Origin: an uncultured Spirochaetaceae bacterium
Lineage (GTDB): Bacteria > Spirochaetota > Spirochaetia > DSM-27196 > CAZPXH01
Length of the DNA: 64,000 nt
Direction: 5' to 3'
Assembly: GCA_964591085.1 (NCBI GenBank)
Contig: CAZPXH010000006.1
Location: forward strand, 12,873-76,872
The notes beneath the pieces were generated by a model, which worked only from the letters and a program-made list of their open reading frames with translations, did not search any database and had not been told where the DNA came from. A program made the position numbers and the translations under genes. This document shows positions 7,480-17,285 of the stretch, in pieces (position 1 is the stretch's first letter; the number at the start of each line of letters is the position of its first letter).

Positions 7480-8865
7480 ATGCTCGCCATCGGGCTGCCG
7501 ATAGCTGGGCAGGTCTTTCTGGAATCCTCCCTCAACTTCCTTGACAACTTCATGATCGGACGACTCGGAGAGGCGAGCATTGCGGGGGTGGCCCTTGGGA
7601 ACCAGGTCTTTTTTGTCCTGCTGGTTGTCCTCTTTGGCATCGGGAGCGGGGTTTCTGTTCTGGCGGCGCAGTACTGGGGCAAGGGGGATATTACCGGAAT
7701 CCGCTCAGTGCAGGGCATTGCCCTGATTGCAGCCGGAGTCCTGGGACTGACCGTTGCCGCTGTCTCAGTCTCCACACCCGCAGCAATCATCTCGATGTTC
7801 AGCCCGGATCCCGCGGTGGTGATGGTTGGCGCAGAGTACCTTGGAATCATGGCGTTCTCCTTCCCGGTCACTGCCGTCACTGTGGTGTTCAGCCACATCA
7901 CCCGCTCCTGCGGAGAGACACGGGTGCCCTTGCGCGCAACCCTCGTTGGATTTGTGGTGAACGTTGTCCTGAACGCCACGCTGATCTTCGGCCTCCTTGG
8001 CTTTCCCGCCCTCGGTGCGGCTGGCGCGGCAATTGGCACGCTGATAGCCCGATTGACGGAAGCCACCATCCTCCTGAGACAGGTGTACCGGCGGCGGCTT
8101 CCCGCAGCGGCCCGCCTGAGCGAATTCCTCCACCGACCTCCGGGACTCCGGAGTCTTACCCTGCGCACCTCGGGTCCGGTGATCCTCAACGAGGTCGGCT
8201 GGTCAGTCGGCATTACCGTGTACTCCGCGGTGTTCGCGAGGATCAGCACGGAAGCTCTGGCCGCCCGGAACATCGCCGATGTGCTGCTGCGGATGCTTCT
8301 GGTCGCCTTCATTGGTCTGGCAAACGCGGCGGCAATCATGATCGGGAACACCATTGGAAAAGGCAGGCACGCTGAGGCGCGGCGGCTCGCGTGGCTGTTC
8401 AGCCTCCTGGCGCCGGTCCTCTCGCTCATTCCCAGCGCCGCGCTTGCCATCCTTGCGCGACTTGTGCCGGCACTGTTCAGCATTTCCCCCGAGACCGCCC
8501 AACTGGTGACCCAGTTCTGCCTGGTGATTGCGCTGACCTTTCCGTTCAAAGCGCTGACACTGGTCCAGATCGTTGGCATATTCCGGGGGGGCGGAGATAC
8601 GGTGTTCGCGATGCTGGCGGACTTGGTCGGCGTCTGGGGTCTTGGGGTGCCGCTCACGGTGATCAGCGGTCTGGTCCTGGGGCTGCCAGCCTGGCTGGTA
8701 TTCTTGCTGTCGGGAAGCGAAGAGATCTTCAAAGGGGCGATTGCGCTGGTCCGCACGGCGCGAGGCCGCTGGCTACACGATCTCACCGAGGCCCACTATG
8801 GTATACATACTCCTCACGGAACCGGTGCACAGCAGCACGCTGTTGCCCCGCCACTAGACACATAA
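7480..8865 (+). CDS. MATE-family efflux transporter
   Basis: About 12 hydrophobic segments. MATE-like N-terminus (MLAIGLPIAGQVFLESSLNFLDNFMIGRLG). The start is placed at the first ATG after the upstream stop at 7445. Confidence 0.85.
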   Translation: MLAIGLPIAGQVFLESSLNFLDNFMIGRLGEASIAGVALGNQVFFVLLVVLFGIGSGVSVLAAQYWGKGDITGIRSVQGIALIAAGVLGLTVAAVSVSTPAAIISMFSPDPAVVMVGAEYLGIMAFSFPVTAVTVVFSHITRSCGETRVPLRATLVGFVVNVVLNATLIFGLLGFPALGAAGAAIGTLIARLTEATILLRQVYRRRLPAAARLSEFLHRPPGLRSLTLRTSGPVILNEVGWSVGITVYSAVFARISTEALAARNIADVLLRMLLVAFIGLANAAAIMIGNTIGKGRHAEARRLAWLFSLLAPVLSLIPSAALAILARLVPALFSISPETAQLVTQFCLVIALTFPFKALTLVQIVGIFRGGGDTVFAMLADLVGVWGLGVPLTVISGLVLGLPAWLVFLLSGSEEIFKGAIALVRTARGRWLHDLTEAHYGIHTPHGTGAQQHAVAPPLDT

Positions 8866-8880
8866 CTTGGAGGCTGGCGT

Positions 8881-9372
8881 ATGGAGAACCCCTGGGTAAG
8901 CGTCCTGGTGATCGCGGGGCTTGCGGTAGCTCTTGGCCTTGGAGGTCTGACAACGCTCGGCGTGGTTTCCCGGCGGATGCAGCCGACATTCACCCTGAGC
9001 CTCCCCTTTCCGGAGTGCAGATCCGGCCTGAACTGTGCCAGCTCCGGTGCGCCGACAGAGCAATCGGCCCATATTCCCGCGATTGCACTCGCCGAGCCAC
9101 TCGCAGATCCGGCTGCGCTGCAGCGGGCGGTGAGAAGCTGGACATCCGCCGAACCAAAGATGACGCTGTTGCAGGAGCAACTGACGGCTGACGCCTACGC
9201 TGCCCACCTGACCCAGGCAAGCCCTACTTTTGGTTTCACGGACGACGTACTGCTCATTCAGTATGGACCGGTACTTCAGGTGTACTCTGCGGCAAGAGTC
9301 GGGCAGGGAGACCTTGGGATGAATCGCGCTCGCCTGGAGCGCCTCAGAGAACGGCTGGAACCACTTCGCTGA
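8881..9372 (+). CDS. DUF1499-like membrane-anchored protein
   Basis: N-terminal TM segment (VSVLVIAGLAVALGLGGL). C-terminal pattern ...VGQGDLGMNRARLERLRERL recalls DUF1499. Confidence 0.6.
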   Translation: MENPWVSVLVIAGLAVALGLGGLTTLGVVSRRMQPTFTLSLPFPECRSGLNCASSGAPTEQSAHIPAIALAEPLADPAALQRAVRSWTSAEPKMTLLQEQLTADAYAAHLTQASPTFGFTDDVLLIQYGPVLQVYSAARVGQGDLGMNRARLERLRERLEPLR

Positions 9373-9423
9373 GACCGGTGCTTGCGGGGCCCGGCCGGCG
9401 GGTTGATACTCCTGACAGCGGGC

Positions 9424-10455
9424 ATGGAGATACTTGATTCGCTGTTCAAGGGCCTGTTTGAGGTTGCGCCCACCTACATGATCCTCACCGACGCAGACGG
9501 GTACGTCATTGAGATGAATCCGGCCATGCTCCGGGGCCTGGGCTACAGGCACGCCGAGGTCATGGGCAAACACTACCCGAGCACGTTCATCCCGCGGGAC
9601 TTCCGCAACAACGTGGAGGGGCAGTTTGAGCTCTCCAAGACCGGAGAGGACCGCCGGGTGAATGTGAATCCCATCATTGCCCGGGACGGGAGTCATCGGA
9701 TCATCGAATGGCACGGTTCTTCGGTGAAGGATCGGGAGGGCGAGGTCGAGGCCATCTGCGCAGTGGGCGTGGATATCACGGCGCGCATATCCATGGAACA
9801 CCACCTGAGGTCCGCAGTTGAGGAACGCGGAATCCTCCTGCAGGAGTTGTATCACCGCACCAAGAACAACCTGCAACAGATTGAGTCCATCATCGATATT
9901 ACCAGACGCGCAAGCAGCAGTCCGGAGGTGGGCAGAGTTCTGCACGAGCTGGCTGGCCGGATTTCCAGCATGGCGCTGGTTCACGAGCAGGTGTCCCGCT
10001 CGGAGAACCTCTCCAGGATCTCCCTGGACAGCTACCTTCGCACGCTTGTTCCCGGCATCCTCAGCAGCCGCACACGGCAGGGGACTTGCGTTGACTGGAC
10101 ACTGTCCCTGGAGCGGGATCTGCGGCTGGAAGCCGAGCAGATGCACGCAATCGGCCTGATTACCAACGAAGCCGTCACAAACTCACTCAAATACGCGTTT
10201 ATAGGGCAGGAATCTGGTAGCATCTCTATCAGGGGTAAACCCGTCGGGGATGACCGCTATCAGCTGCAAATTGGCGACACCGGCCGTGGACTCCCGCGGG
10301 CCGCAGATACTCAGCTTCGTCGGGGCTTTGGTATGACCGCCATAACGGGGCTTGCCCGCTACGAGCTGGACGGCAGCGCTGTCCTGGAATCTGAGAGTGG
10401 AGTGACGTGGGTCATCACATTCCCGCTGGAACCCGCTACGTCGCGGGGACGCTAA
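9424..10455 (+). CDS. PAS-domain sensor histidine kinase (HisKA_2 type)
   Basis: PAS-like region (ILTDADGYVIEMNPAMLRGLGY...). H-box ELYHRTKNNLQQIESII. HATPase (ITNEAVTNSLKYAF, IGDTGRGLP, GFGMTAI). Confidence 0.85.
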   Translation: MEILDSLFKGLFEVAPTYMILTDADGYVIEMNPAMLRGLGYRHAEVMGKHYPSTFIPRDFRNNVEGQFELSKTGEDRRVNVNPIIARDGSHRIIEWHGSSVKDREGEVEAICAVGVDITARISMEHHLRSAVEERGILLQELYHRTKNNLQQIESIIDITRRASSSPEVGRVLHELAGRISSMALVHEQVSRSENLSRISLDSYLRTLVPGILSSRTRQGTCVDWTLSLERDLRLEAEQMHAIGLITNEAVTNSLKYAFIGQESGSISIRGKPVGDDRYQLQIGDTGRGLPRAADTQLRRGFGMTAITGLARYELDGSAVLESESGVTWVITFPLEPATSRGR

Positions 10456-10487
10456 GCCTCGCGGGCAAGGCCAGAAAGAAGGTGCAG

Positions 10488-10865
10488 ATGGCAGAACGAG
10501 TTCTCATTGTGGAGGATCAGTTTCTGGTAGCAATCGCCCTGCAGTCAGCGCTTCAGGACGCCGGATACGATGTCCTTGACCCGGTATCAACGGGGGACGA
10601 TGCGCTTGAGCGGGTCCGCAACGGCCGCGTGGACTGGGCAATCTTGGACGTGAACATCAACGGGAGCCTGGACGGTGTGACCACTGCCCGGCGAATACGT
10701 ACCCTCCAGCCGGTCCACCTGCTCTTTGTCTCCGGATACGCGGATGCCACAATGCGGGAAGACGTACGGGACCTGAGACCGGCGGCAGTGCTAACCAAGC
10801 CTGTTGCGCCGGATGAGATTGTCGCCGTGATTGAAGGCGCCGACCGGAATCGAACCGGTGCATAA
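10488..10865 (+). CDS. Single-domain response regulator (REC only)
   Basis: MAERVLIVEDQFLVAIAL..., ILDVNING, LTKPV. The last 31 nt are antisense to tRNA-Cys. Confidence 0.85.
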   Translation: MAERVLIVEDQFLVAIALQSALQDAGYDVLDPVSTGDDALERVRNGRVDWAILDVNINGSLDGVTTARRIRTLQPVHLLFVSGYADATMREDVRDLRPAAVLTKPVAPDEIVAVIEGADRNRTGA

Positions 10866-10906
10866 AGGTTTTGCAGACCTCTCCCTTACCACTTGGGTAC
10901 GGCGCC
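10835..10906 (-). tRNA. tRNA-Cys (GCA)
   Basis: Hand-folded cloverleaf. Acceptor GGCGCCG/CGGCGCC, anticodon stem GAGGT/ACCTT, loop CTGCAAA (anticodon GCA), T-arm ACCGG-TTCGATT-CCGGT, A13-A22 mismatch, discriminator U. CCA is not encoded. Confidence 0.92.
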
Positions 10907-10925
10907 ATGTGATGCACTCCACAAG

Positions 10926-12020
10926 CTATCCATCGGACGCTGGCCTGTCCAGCACAGGTTGCAGATCGCTTCCCGTCATGTCTCCCAGCATGCGTTCGAG
11001 CTCCACAACCGGATCCCGCTCCCGATTGAGAATTCGATAGACCCCCTCACAAATAGGAAGGTGAAGGTCCCTCTCTGCCGCAATCCCGTGGACAGCCCTG
11101 GCGGCCACAACCCCCTCCGGCAGATAGGGAAGCTCCCCCAGGTGGGAGATCAGCTGATCAAGGTCCGTATAGGCCTCAATAATGAGGCGGTTCACGATGT
11201 CCCGGCCAAATCGGCGGTTGCGCCCATGCGGAGAGCGACAGGTGACATCCAGATCGCCAACGCCGGCGATGGAGGTGAAGGTCTCCGGGTGGGTGGAACC
11301 GAGCGCTGCAGCAAGGCGCTGGATCTCGTTGAGGCCGGCAGCCAGGAGCAGGCTCTCGGTGTTGTCCCCAAACAGCTGTGATGAGCCCTTGATGGCGTCC
11401 AGGACCCCAAAGGCAATGGCAATCACGTTTTTGACAGCGGCAGCCACCTGTACGCCAACGACATCCAGACTGGAGTAGACCAGGAACCAGCGGGTGGACA
11501 GCAGCTCTCGGAAGCGAATGCTGTTCCGGGGATTCGCGCTCGCGCTGATCAGACCGGTGAGTTTGCCGGAAGCAACCTCTTCCGCGTGGGTGGGTCCGCT
11601 GAGGTAGACCAGGTTGCCTTTGTAGGACCCCGGGAGGTAGCTCTCCAGGGCATCCAGAAGCAGGCGATAGCTCCTGCCCTGGCGGACAAAGCCCTTGGTG
11701 ACAACGCCGATGACGGATTCGCCCTCCAATACGTTGGGCACCGCAATGATCTGCTTGGCAAACTCAACAACGTGGAGAGAGGGCGTTGCCAGGATGATGT
11801 AGCGGCGAGCAGCAACCTCGGTGATGTCGCCGCTGGCCCGGACCGCCTTTGGGAGCTGTACTCCCGGGAGGTGGACGGGGAGGCGGTGGTCGGAGTTGAT
11901 GGCCTGAACAACCTCCGGCCGCCTAGCCCAGACCTGCACGTCATGGCCCTTCTCCGCCAGCAGCATGGCGATAGCGGTGCCCCAGGCACCGGACCCGATG
12001 ATACCGACGCGCTGGGCCAT
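10926..12020 (-). CDS. gpsA: NAD(P)H-dependent glycerol-3-phosphate dehydrogenase
   Basis: MAQRVGIIGSGAWGTAIAMLLAEKGH Rossmann motif, with GpsA-like sequence throughout. Confidence 0.92.
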   Translation of the reverse strand: MAQRVGIIGSGAWGTAIAMLLAEKGHDVQVWARRPEVVQAINSDHRLPVHLPGVQLPKAVRASGDITEVAARRYIILATPSLHVVEFAKQIIAVPNVLEGESVIGVVTKGFVRQGRSYRLLLDALESYLPGSYKGNLVYLSGPTHAEEVASGKLTGLISASANPRNSIRFRELLSTRWFLVYSSLDVVGVQVAAAVKNVIAIAFGVLDAIKGSSQLFGDNTESLLLAAGLNEIQRLAAALGSTHPETFTSIAGVGDLDVTCRSPHGRNRRFGRDIVNRLIIEAYTDLDQLISHLGELPYLPEGVVAARAVHGIAAERDLHLPICEGVYRILNRERDPVVELERMLGDMTGSDLQPVLDRPASDG

Positions 12021-12023
12021 GCC

Positions 12024-13817
12024 TCAGGATCCCTGGCGATACTCCGCCAGCTTCTCCACCTGCCGCGCAATCACCGAAAGCCCTCCGGCCCAGAAGTCCT
12101 TTGCCTCAATGTCAAAGCCAACTGAGGCCACCACGTCCTTGGCGTTGGCCCTGCCAGTGAGGGTGAGCAGGTCCCGATATCGCTCAGCAAAGCTCGGGCC
12201 TTCCGACTCATAGATGGAGTACAGCCCCAGCCCGAACAGCAGTCCAAAGGCGTAGGGGAAGTTGTAGAAGGCCAGGCCCGGGCGGTAATAGTGACTCTTT
12301 ACGGCCCACATGTAGGGGTGCCGCTCGTCCTCCCGGACAGCCGGGCCATAGGTCCGGGCCTGGGCATCCAGCATCATGGCAGACAGCTCGTCCGGGCTAA
12401 GCTCGTGGTCCGCCCTCTGCTCCATGAGCTCGGACTCAAAGTAGAAGCGGCTGAGGATGTCCACGATGACCTGCGTGGAGCCCTGCAGGCTTGCTTCCAG
12501 AACAGCCAGTCCCTCTTCCGCCGACAGCCTGCCGAGTGCCGAGTTGGTCACCAGAGTCTCACAGAAGATGGAGGCCGTCTCCGCCAGGGTCATGGGATAG
12601 TCCGTCAGAAGCTGGTCGTTTCCGCGGAGAACCCAGTTGTGGTAGGCGTGCCCCAGCTCGTGCGCAAGCGTGGAGAGGCTGTCAAAGCTGTGGTCAAAGT
12701 TGGCAAGGACCCGGATCTGCTCTGCGGCGCCAAAGCCGATGCAGTAGGCTCCGCCGACCTTCCCCTTTCGGGGCTCCGCGTCGATCCACGCAGAATCAAA
12801 TGCGGTACGCGTGGCTGTTGCCAGATCATCCGAGAAGGTGCCGAACTGCTCAAGAATGAAGTCCCGTGCATCAGGGAAACTCCACTTGCGCTCGGATCTG
12901 GAGACGGGCGCAAGGATGTCGTACCAGCACAGGGTTTCCAGACCCAGCATCTGCGCCTTCAGCCCGAGGTACTTGCGGAACGTCGGGAGGGAGTCCTCCA
13001 TCGCAGATATCATCGCCTCAAGCGCGGGACGCGTGATTCGGTTCTGCATGATGGATCGGTCCAGGGTGCGTTCCCAGCCACGGCGTGAGTTGAGCGTGTG
13101 GCTTGTGCCCTTCACGCCGTTCAGGGCGGCGGCAATTGGGATCTCCATCCGCTTCCAGGCATCCAGTTCCAGGCGGTATGCCTTCTGCCGGACCGAACGC
13201 TCGGGATCGCTGGCCAGGGACCGGAGCTGAACAACGGTCTTCTCTTCCCCGGTGTCCTGATTCCAGACGGCGGTAAGCGTGCTGGCAATTGTGGCCTGCA
13301 GCCGGGACCAGGCGTCTCCGCCGCTTCGGTCCAGATCCGCCGCCAACGCCTCTTCCGCGCTGCTCATCTGGTGCCGCTGCTCTTCCAGGGTCTCCTGGAT
13401 GAAGAAGCGATACGGCTCCAGGCGTGGTTCGGCGGCGGCCAAATCAGCAGGGCTGGTTCCGGTCTGAGCCAGTGCATTGCGAAAGTCCACCAGGATGCTG
13501 GAGAGGGGAACCTCAAGCTCCTGCACTCGATTCAGCTGCTTCAGCGGCTCGCTGTCAGTAGTTGCTACACTGTGGGAGGTGTACGCGTAGGCGCCGAGCT
13601 TGCCAGCAAGCCCATCCGCCAGGTTGAGGACCTCAATCACGGAAAGAAGCCATGCAGCGGGATTCTCGGACCGGAGTCGCTCGTCAGACACCGCAACCCT
13701 GGCAGCTTCCACGGCGGCCCTGGCAGCAGCAAGGTCCGCCTCCCACTCGGGCGAGCCCAGGGCTGGATAGACGGAGCTCAGGTCCCAGTGAGGAAGTGTC
13801 TCAGACGAAGAGCTCAT
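12024..13817 (-). CDS. pepF: M3B oligoendopeptidase F
   Basis: HELGHAYH zinc motif and about 600 aa. The start is taken at MSSSSETLPHWDL (13817), which overlaps the ndk 3' end by 17 nt. Alternative ATG at 13847. Confidence 0.88.
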   Translation of the reverse strand: MSSSSETLPHWDLSSVYPALGSPEWEADLAAARAAVEAARVAVSDERLRSENPAAWLLSVIEVLNLADGLAGKLGAYAYTSHSVATTDSEPLKQLNRVQELEVPLSSILVDFRNALAQTGTSPADLAAAEPRLEPYRFFIQETLEEQRHQMSSAEEALAADLDRSGGDAWSRLQATIASTLTAVWNQDTGEEKTVVQLRSLASDPERSVRQKAYRLELDAWKRMEIPIAAALNGVKGTSHTLNSRRGWERTLDRSIMQNRITRPALEAMISAMEDSLPTFRKYLGLKAQMLGLETLCWYDILAPVSRSERKWSFPDARDFILEQFGTFSDDLATATRTAFDSAWIDAEPRKGKVGGAYCIGFGAAEQIRVLANFDHSFDSLSTLAHELGHAYHNWVLRGNDQLLTDYPMTLAETASIFCETLVTNSALGRLSAEEGLAVLEASLQGSTQVIVDILSRFYFESELMEQRADHELSPDELSAMMLDAQARTYGPAVREDERHPYMWAVKSHYYRPGLAFYNFPYAFGLLFGLGLYSIYESEGPSFAERYRDLLTLTGRANAKDVVASVGFDIEAKDFWAGGLSVIARQVEKLAEYRQGS

Positions 13818-14253
13818 TGTAGTTGTCCTCGTAACCCATGACTTCATCTGCGTTGAAGAAACGGCTGATCTCTTCCTCCGCGGTCTCCGGGCTGTCGCTT
13901 GCGTGGATGACGTTCTTGCTGGTGGTAGCTGCGTAGTCCCCGCGAATGGTCCCCGGAAGCGCTTCTTCTACCCGCGTGGCGCCACAGAGCATCCGGACCT
14001 GGCTCACGGCGTCTTCGCCTTCCAGGACCATCGCAACCACGGGGCCGCTGGTGATGTAACCGATGAGTTCGCCGAAGAAGGGTTTGTCGCTGAGATGACC
14101 GTAATGGTTCTCTGCAAACGGTCTGCTGATTGTTATGAGCTTCAACCCGAGGATCCGGAGGCCTTTGCGCTCTACGCGGGTGATTATATCCCCCACCAGC
14201 CGGCGCTGCAGCATGCCGGGCTTCAGCATTGCGAAGGTTCGCTGTCGTGCCAT
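13801..14253 (-). CDS. ndk: Nucleoside-diphosphate kinase
   Basis: MARQRTFAMLKPG...NVIHASDS active-site His motif. 150 aa when started at ATG 14253. The longer ORF-track version is an upstream extension. Confidence 0.93.
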   Translation of the reverse strand: MARQRTFAMLKPGMLQRRLVGDIITRVERKGLRILGLKLITISRPFAENHYGHLSDKPFFGELIGYITSGPVVAMVLEGEDAVSQVRMLCGATRVEEALPGTIRGDYAATTSKNVIHASDSPETAEEEISRFFNADEVMGYEDNYNELFV

Positions 14254-14299
14254 TATCAAATTGTAGCACAGCCACCGGGCCCGTGATAGCTTCGCGGGC

Positions 14300-15787
14300 A
14301 TGCCGTCCCTTCGTTCCCCGCTTGGAGCAACGATCTTCCTTCTGACCGGCGCCAGTCTCTTTGCGCAGGGAGCCAAAGCCCCGCCAGCGGAGACGGATCT
14401 CCCTGACTTCTCGGATGCGCCGGCCACCATTACCGCCGAGTACGACGTTCAGCTTGATCTGGAGCGGGGTAGCCGCTCCCAGCGGTTCCAGCTGCTGGTG
14501 CCGGAAGATGCGTTTGCCATCCACATCGCGCTGGAAGACAGCCCGGCGGACCTGGACCTGCGCCTCCTGGACTCCCGGGGAACGGAGGTCCTGGTTGCCG
14601 AACTTCTGGATTTCAACGAGGAGATCCGCCTCAGCAGGCTGGAGGGTCCTTTCCCCAGCGGAAGGCTGAGCGTGGAGGTGTTCTATCAGCTGTCTGACCT
14701 CCCGATGGTGGACGGCCGGAGGGCCGGGAGCGTTACCGCACGGCTACGGACGCGGATAGACCGGCTGGTGAGCTCCGGCGAACTCCGTGAGGGACGCTGG
14801 ACCGCCGGGGAGCTTTCGCCGGAGTCCGGAATGTTTGCAATGTTCGCCTTCTCCCTGCCGCCGCGTGGCAGCTGGCGCGTGGATCTGGAAAGCGAACAGG
14901 CAGACGTTGATCTCTTCATCAACGCCGGGGAGCTGCCGGACAACTTTCGGGACTCCGAGTGGTCCGCGTTCTCACTCAGGTCCCGGGAATCCATCGTGCT
15001 CGGTCCGGAGAGCGAGCCGCGCGCGGGCGGCGGGAGCTACGAGGTCCTGATTATTGATCAGGTCAACAGGATCTATCCTGTTGACTACCGGATCCGGTTG
15101 GCGCGAGCCGACCAGCCGGACCCCGCCTGGATTCAGCCGCCGCCAATTCCTACTGATGAACGCGGGCTGGACCGCGCGCTTCGGAGCACTGTGGAGCTGT
15201 CAACGGATGGAATCAGCGGCGGGTCCGGTACCATAGTCTCCAGTGACGGGCTGATCCTCACCAACTACCACGTAGTCTCGGACGGTCGGGCTGAAGGTTC
15301 CGGCCCAATCACCGTTGCCGTGAGCTACGATCACCGGCGCCCTCCACTGGAGGTCTTCCGCGCGGAGCTGGTGTGGAGTGACGCGGAGGCGGACCTGGCA
15401 ATCCTGCAAATGACCGAGACCATCGGCGGGGGTCCGCTGCCGCGGAGCTTCCCCTTTACTCCTCTGGGCAATCCGGAGGACCTCCGGATCGGTGAGTCGC
15501 TGTCCATCATCGGCTATCCGTCCATTGGGAGCCGGGGGAGCCGGGTGAGCATCACCCTGGCGGAGGGCCGAGTTTCCGGCTTTGACCTTGCGGGCGGAAT
15601 CGCTTCGGTGAAGACAGACGCTGACATCCACAGCGGGAACTCCGGGGGCGGCGCCCTGGACCGAACGTGGCAGCTGGTAGCAGTTCCAACGGAAGTTGTC
15701 GGCGGGTCGGACGGACAGATCGGTTACACGGTGAGCGTTGCGGTAATTCCGCCGGAGTGGGTCCGGCGCTTTGGGCGGCAGGACTGA
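14300..15787 (+). CDS. Secreted trypsin-like serine protease (S1 family) with N-terminal beta-rich pre-domains
   Basis: Signal peptide (ATIFLLTGASLFAQGA). Triad context TNYHVV, DLAILQ, GNSGGGALD. Two N-terminal segments resemble PPC-type domains (DLDLRLLDSRG, DVDLFINAGELP). Confidence 0.8.
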   Translation: MPSLRSPLGATIFLLTGASLFAQGAKAPPAETDLPDFSDAPATITAEYDVQLDLERGSRSQRFQLLVPEDAFAIHIALEDSPADLDLRLLDSRGTEVLVAELLDFNEEIRLSRLEGPFPSGRLSVEVFYQLSDLPMVDGRRAGSVTARLRTRIDRLVSSGELREGRWTAGELSPESGMFAMFAFSLPPRGSWRVDLESEQADVDLFINAGELPDNFRDSEWSAFSLRSRESIVLGPESEPRAGGGSYEVLIIDQVNRIYPVDYRIRLARADQPDPAWIQPPPIPTDERGLDRALRSTVELSTDGISGGSGTIVSSDGLILTNYHVVSDGRAEGSGPITVAVSYDHRRPPLEVFRAELVWSDAEADLAILQMTETIGGGPLPRSFPFTPLGNPEDLRIGESLSIIGYPSIGSRGSRVSITLAEGRVSGFDLAGGIASVKTDADIHSGNSGGGALDRTWQLVAVPTEVVGGSDGQIGYTVSVAVIPPEWVRRFGRQD

Positions 15788-15790
15788 CCC

Positions 15791-16801
15791 CTAACCCCCA
15801 ACAAACGCAGCCAGTTCCCGGTCCTGCCTGCGGATGAGATCCGCGGCGGCTTCTTCCAGGCAGGCGATGGTCTGGGCACGGGCGTCGTCCATGGACGCAG
15901 AGCAGTCACCAAGCTTGGCCTGGAGCCGGGTATAACGAACGTCACGCGTCTGGGCTAGCACATGTGCGCTGACCTCGGCTTGACCTGCGGCAACCATGGA
16001 GATGAGCGGAACGCCCTTCTCTGTTGACGCCCAGTCCAGAGCACCCCATTCCTTCACCGACTCGTAGGGATAGCCTGGGGACTGACCGGTACCAACTGAC
16101 AGGACCTCATAGCGGCGAGCGGCCGGAAAGCGGCGACGGGCGTCCATCACCGCAAGAAGCGCCGGATCATTGGTTGCCAGGAATCCATCGCTGATGGCAA
16201 AGCTCGCAGCTCCGTCCACGGCCGTCACCCGTACCGGCTCAAAGAAGGTGGGAGCTGCGCTTGTGGCGCGGGCAACGTCCCGGAACAGATAGTCCCCCGG
16301 AGCCCTTAGTTCGGTGTCACGGGCACTTTTCCCACCACAGAACAGCACGGGCCGCATTCGCTCCAGGTCAAAGCCGGTGACCAGTACACCGGTTCTCGCT
16401 CCACTGATCTTCAGGTCACCGAAGTTTTCCCGCAGCACAAACTCAAGGGCCTTGGCGTCATACTTCTCGGTGAAGGCCTGGGCAACAGTCTGGAACTGGC
16501 GAAAGCGCCACTGCGGGAAAATTTGCTTCCCCCGATTGCGATACATGGCAACGAGGTCCGGCACGTCTACCTCGGTGGGGATATCCGGATCCAGGCTTGC
16601 GCGCGGGCGGGCCAGAGCCAGGGCAATCAATCCACCGGTGGAGGTCCCGGCAATGAGGTCAAAGTAGCGAGCAAGGACGCCGCTGTGGCCGGCCCGACGG
16701 AGGTGGGTCTGCAGACGCTGCAGAACCAGGCTGGGAATGATCCCGCGTATGCCACCACCGTCTATGGAGAGGATACGAACTGTTCGTCCGAATCGGAGCA
16801 C
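15791..16801 (-). CDS. Patatin-like phospholipase
   Basis: Oxyanion-hole motif DGGGIRG, nucleophile elbow AGTSTGG (GxSxG), catalytic Asp in SDGFL. Confidence 0.88.
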   Translation of the reverse strand: MLRFGRTVRILSIDGGGIRGIIPSLVLQRLQTHLRRAGHSGVLARYFDLIAGTSTGGLIALALARPRASLDPDIPTEVDVPDLVAMYRNRGKQIFPQWRFRQFQTVAQAFTEKYDAKALEFVLRENFGDLKISGARTGVLVTGFDLERMRPVLFCGGKSARDTELRAPGDYLFRDVARATSAAPTFFEPVRVTAVDGAASFAISDGFLATNDPALLAVMDARRRFPAARRYEVLSVGTGQSPGYPYESVKEWGALDWASTEKGVPLISMVAAGQAEVSAHVLAQTRDVRYTRLQAKLGDCSASMDDARAQTIACLEEAAADLIRRQDRELAAFVGG

Positions 16802-16815
16802 CGGTGGCGAGCGGA

Positions 16816-17259
16816 TCAGGCTCCGCTTTTCAGCTGAAGCAGCGCGTCATTGGTCTCCCGGAAGCGCTTCACCACCACTGGCAGGATGTCCAGGGCAACC
16901 TCCGGATGGCTCTTGAGGAAGGCGTTGAAGTCCCAGGAAACCAGCACCAGGCATTCGGTGTCTGACTCGGCAATCACGCTTGCCGAGCGGGTAGCTCCGT
17001 CCAGGACCGACATTTCCCCAATGACGTCACCGGGTCCGTGCGTGGCAATGACAACCACCGCCCCGTCTTCCGTGTGCTTCTCAACCCGGACCTTGCCGGA
17101 CACAATGACAAACAACCCTTCACCGGGATTCCCCTGGCGCACGATTGTGTCACCAGCGCTGAAGCTCCGATCCCGGCACTGTCGTGCGAGATTGGCGAGA
17201 TATCGCTCCTTGACCCCCCCGAACAGCGGTACCGTGGCGAGGATTTCCTGTGCGTTCAC
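16816..17259 (-). CDS. Stand-alone cyclic-nucleotide-binding (CNB/cNMP) domain protein
   Basis: 147 aa. FSAGDTIVRQGNPGEGLFVIVSGKV... with the phosphate-binding cassette GEMSVLDGATRSASV. No HTH or other domain. Confidence 0.88.
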   Translation of the reverse strand: MNAQEILATVPLFGGVKERYLANLARQCRDRSFSAGDTIVRQGNPGEGLFVIVSGKVRVEKHTEDGAVVVIATHGPGDVIGEMSVLDGATRSASVIAESDTECLVLVSWDFNAFLKSHPEVALDILPVVVKRFRETNDALLQLKSGA

Positions 17260-17285
17260 TCAACGTTCTCCGATCAGCTCAAAGG

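Noticed and set aside
7416-8786. 456-aa ORF antisense to the MATE gene
   Set aside because: It is a shadow ORF typical of high-GC DNA. It is Arg/Ser/Pro/Ala/Thr-rich with no motifs, while the opposite strand encodes a convincing 12-TM MATE transporter.
8854-10146. 430-aa ORF antisense to the DUF1499-like and PAS-kinase genes
   Set aside because: It spans two well-supported plus-strand genes and their intergenic gap. Its composition is low-complexity and no domain is recognisable.
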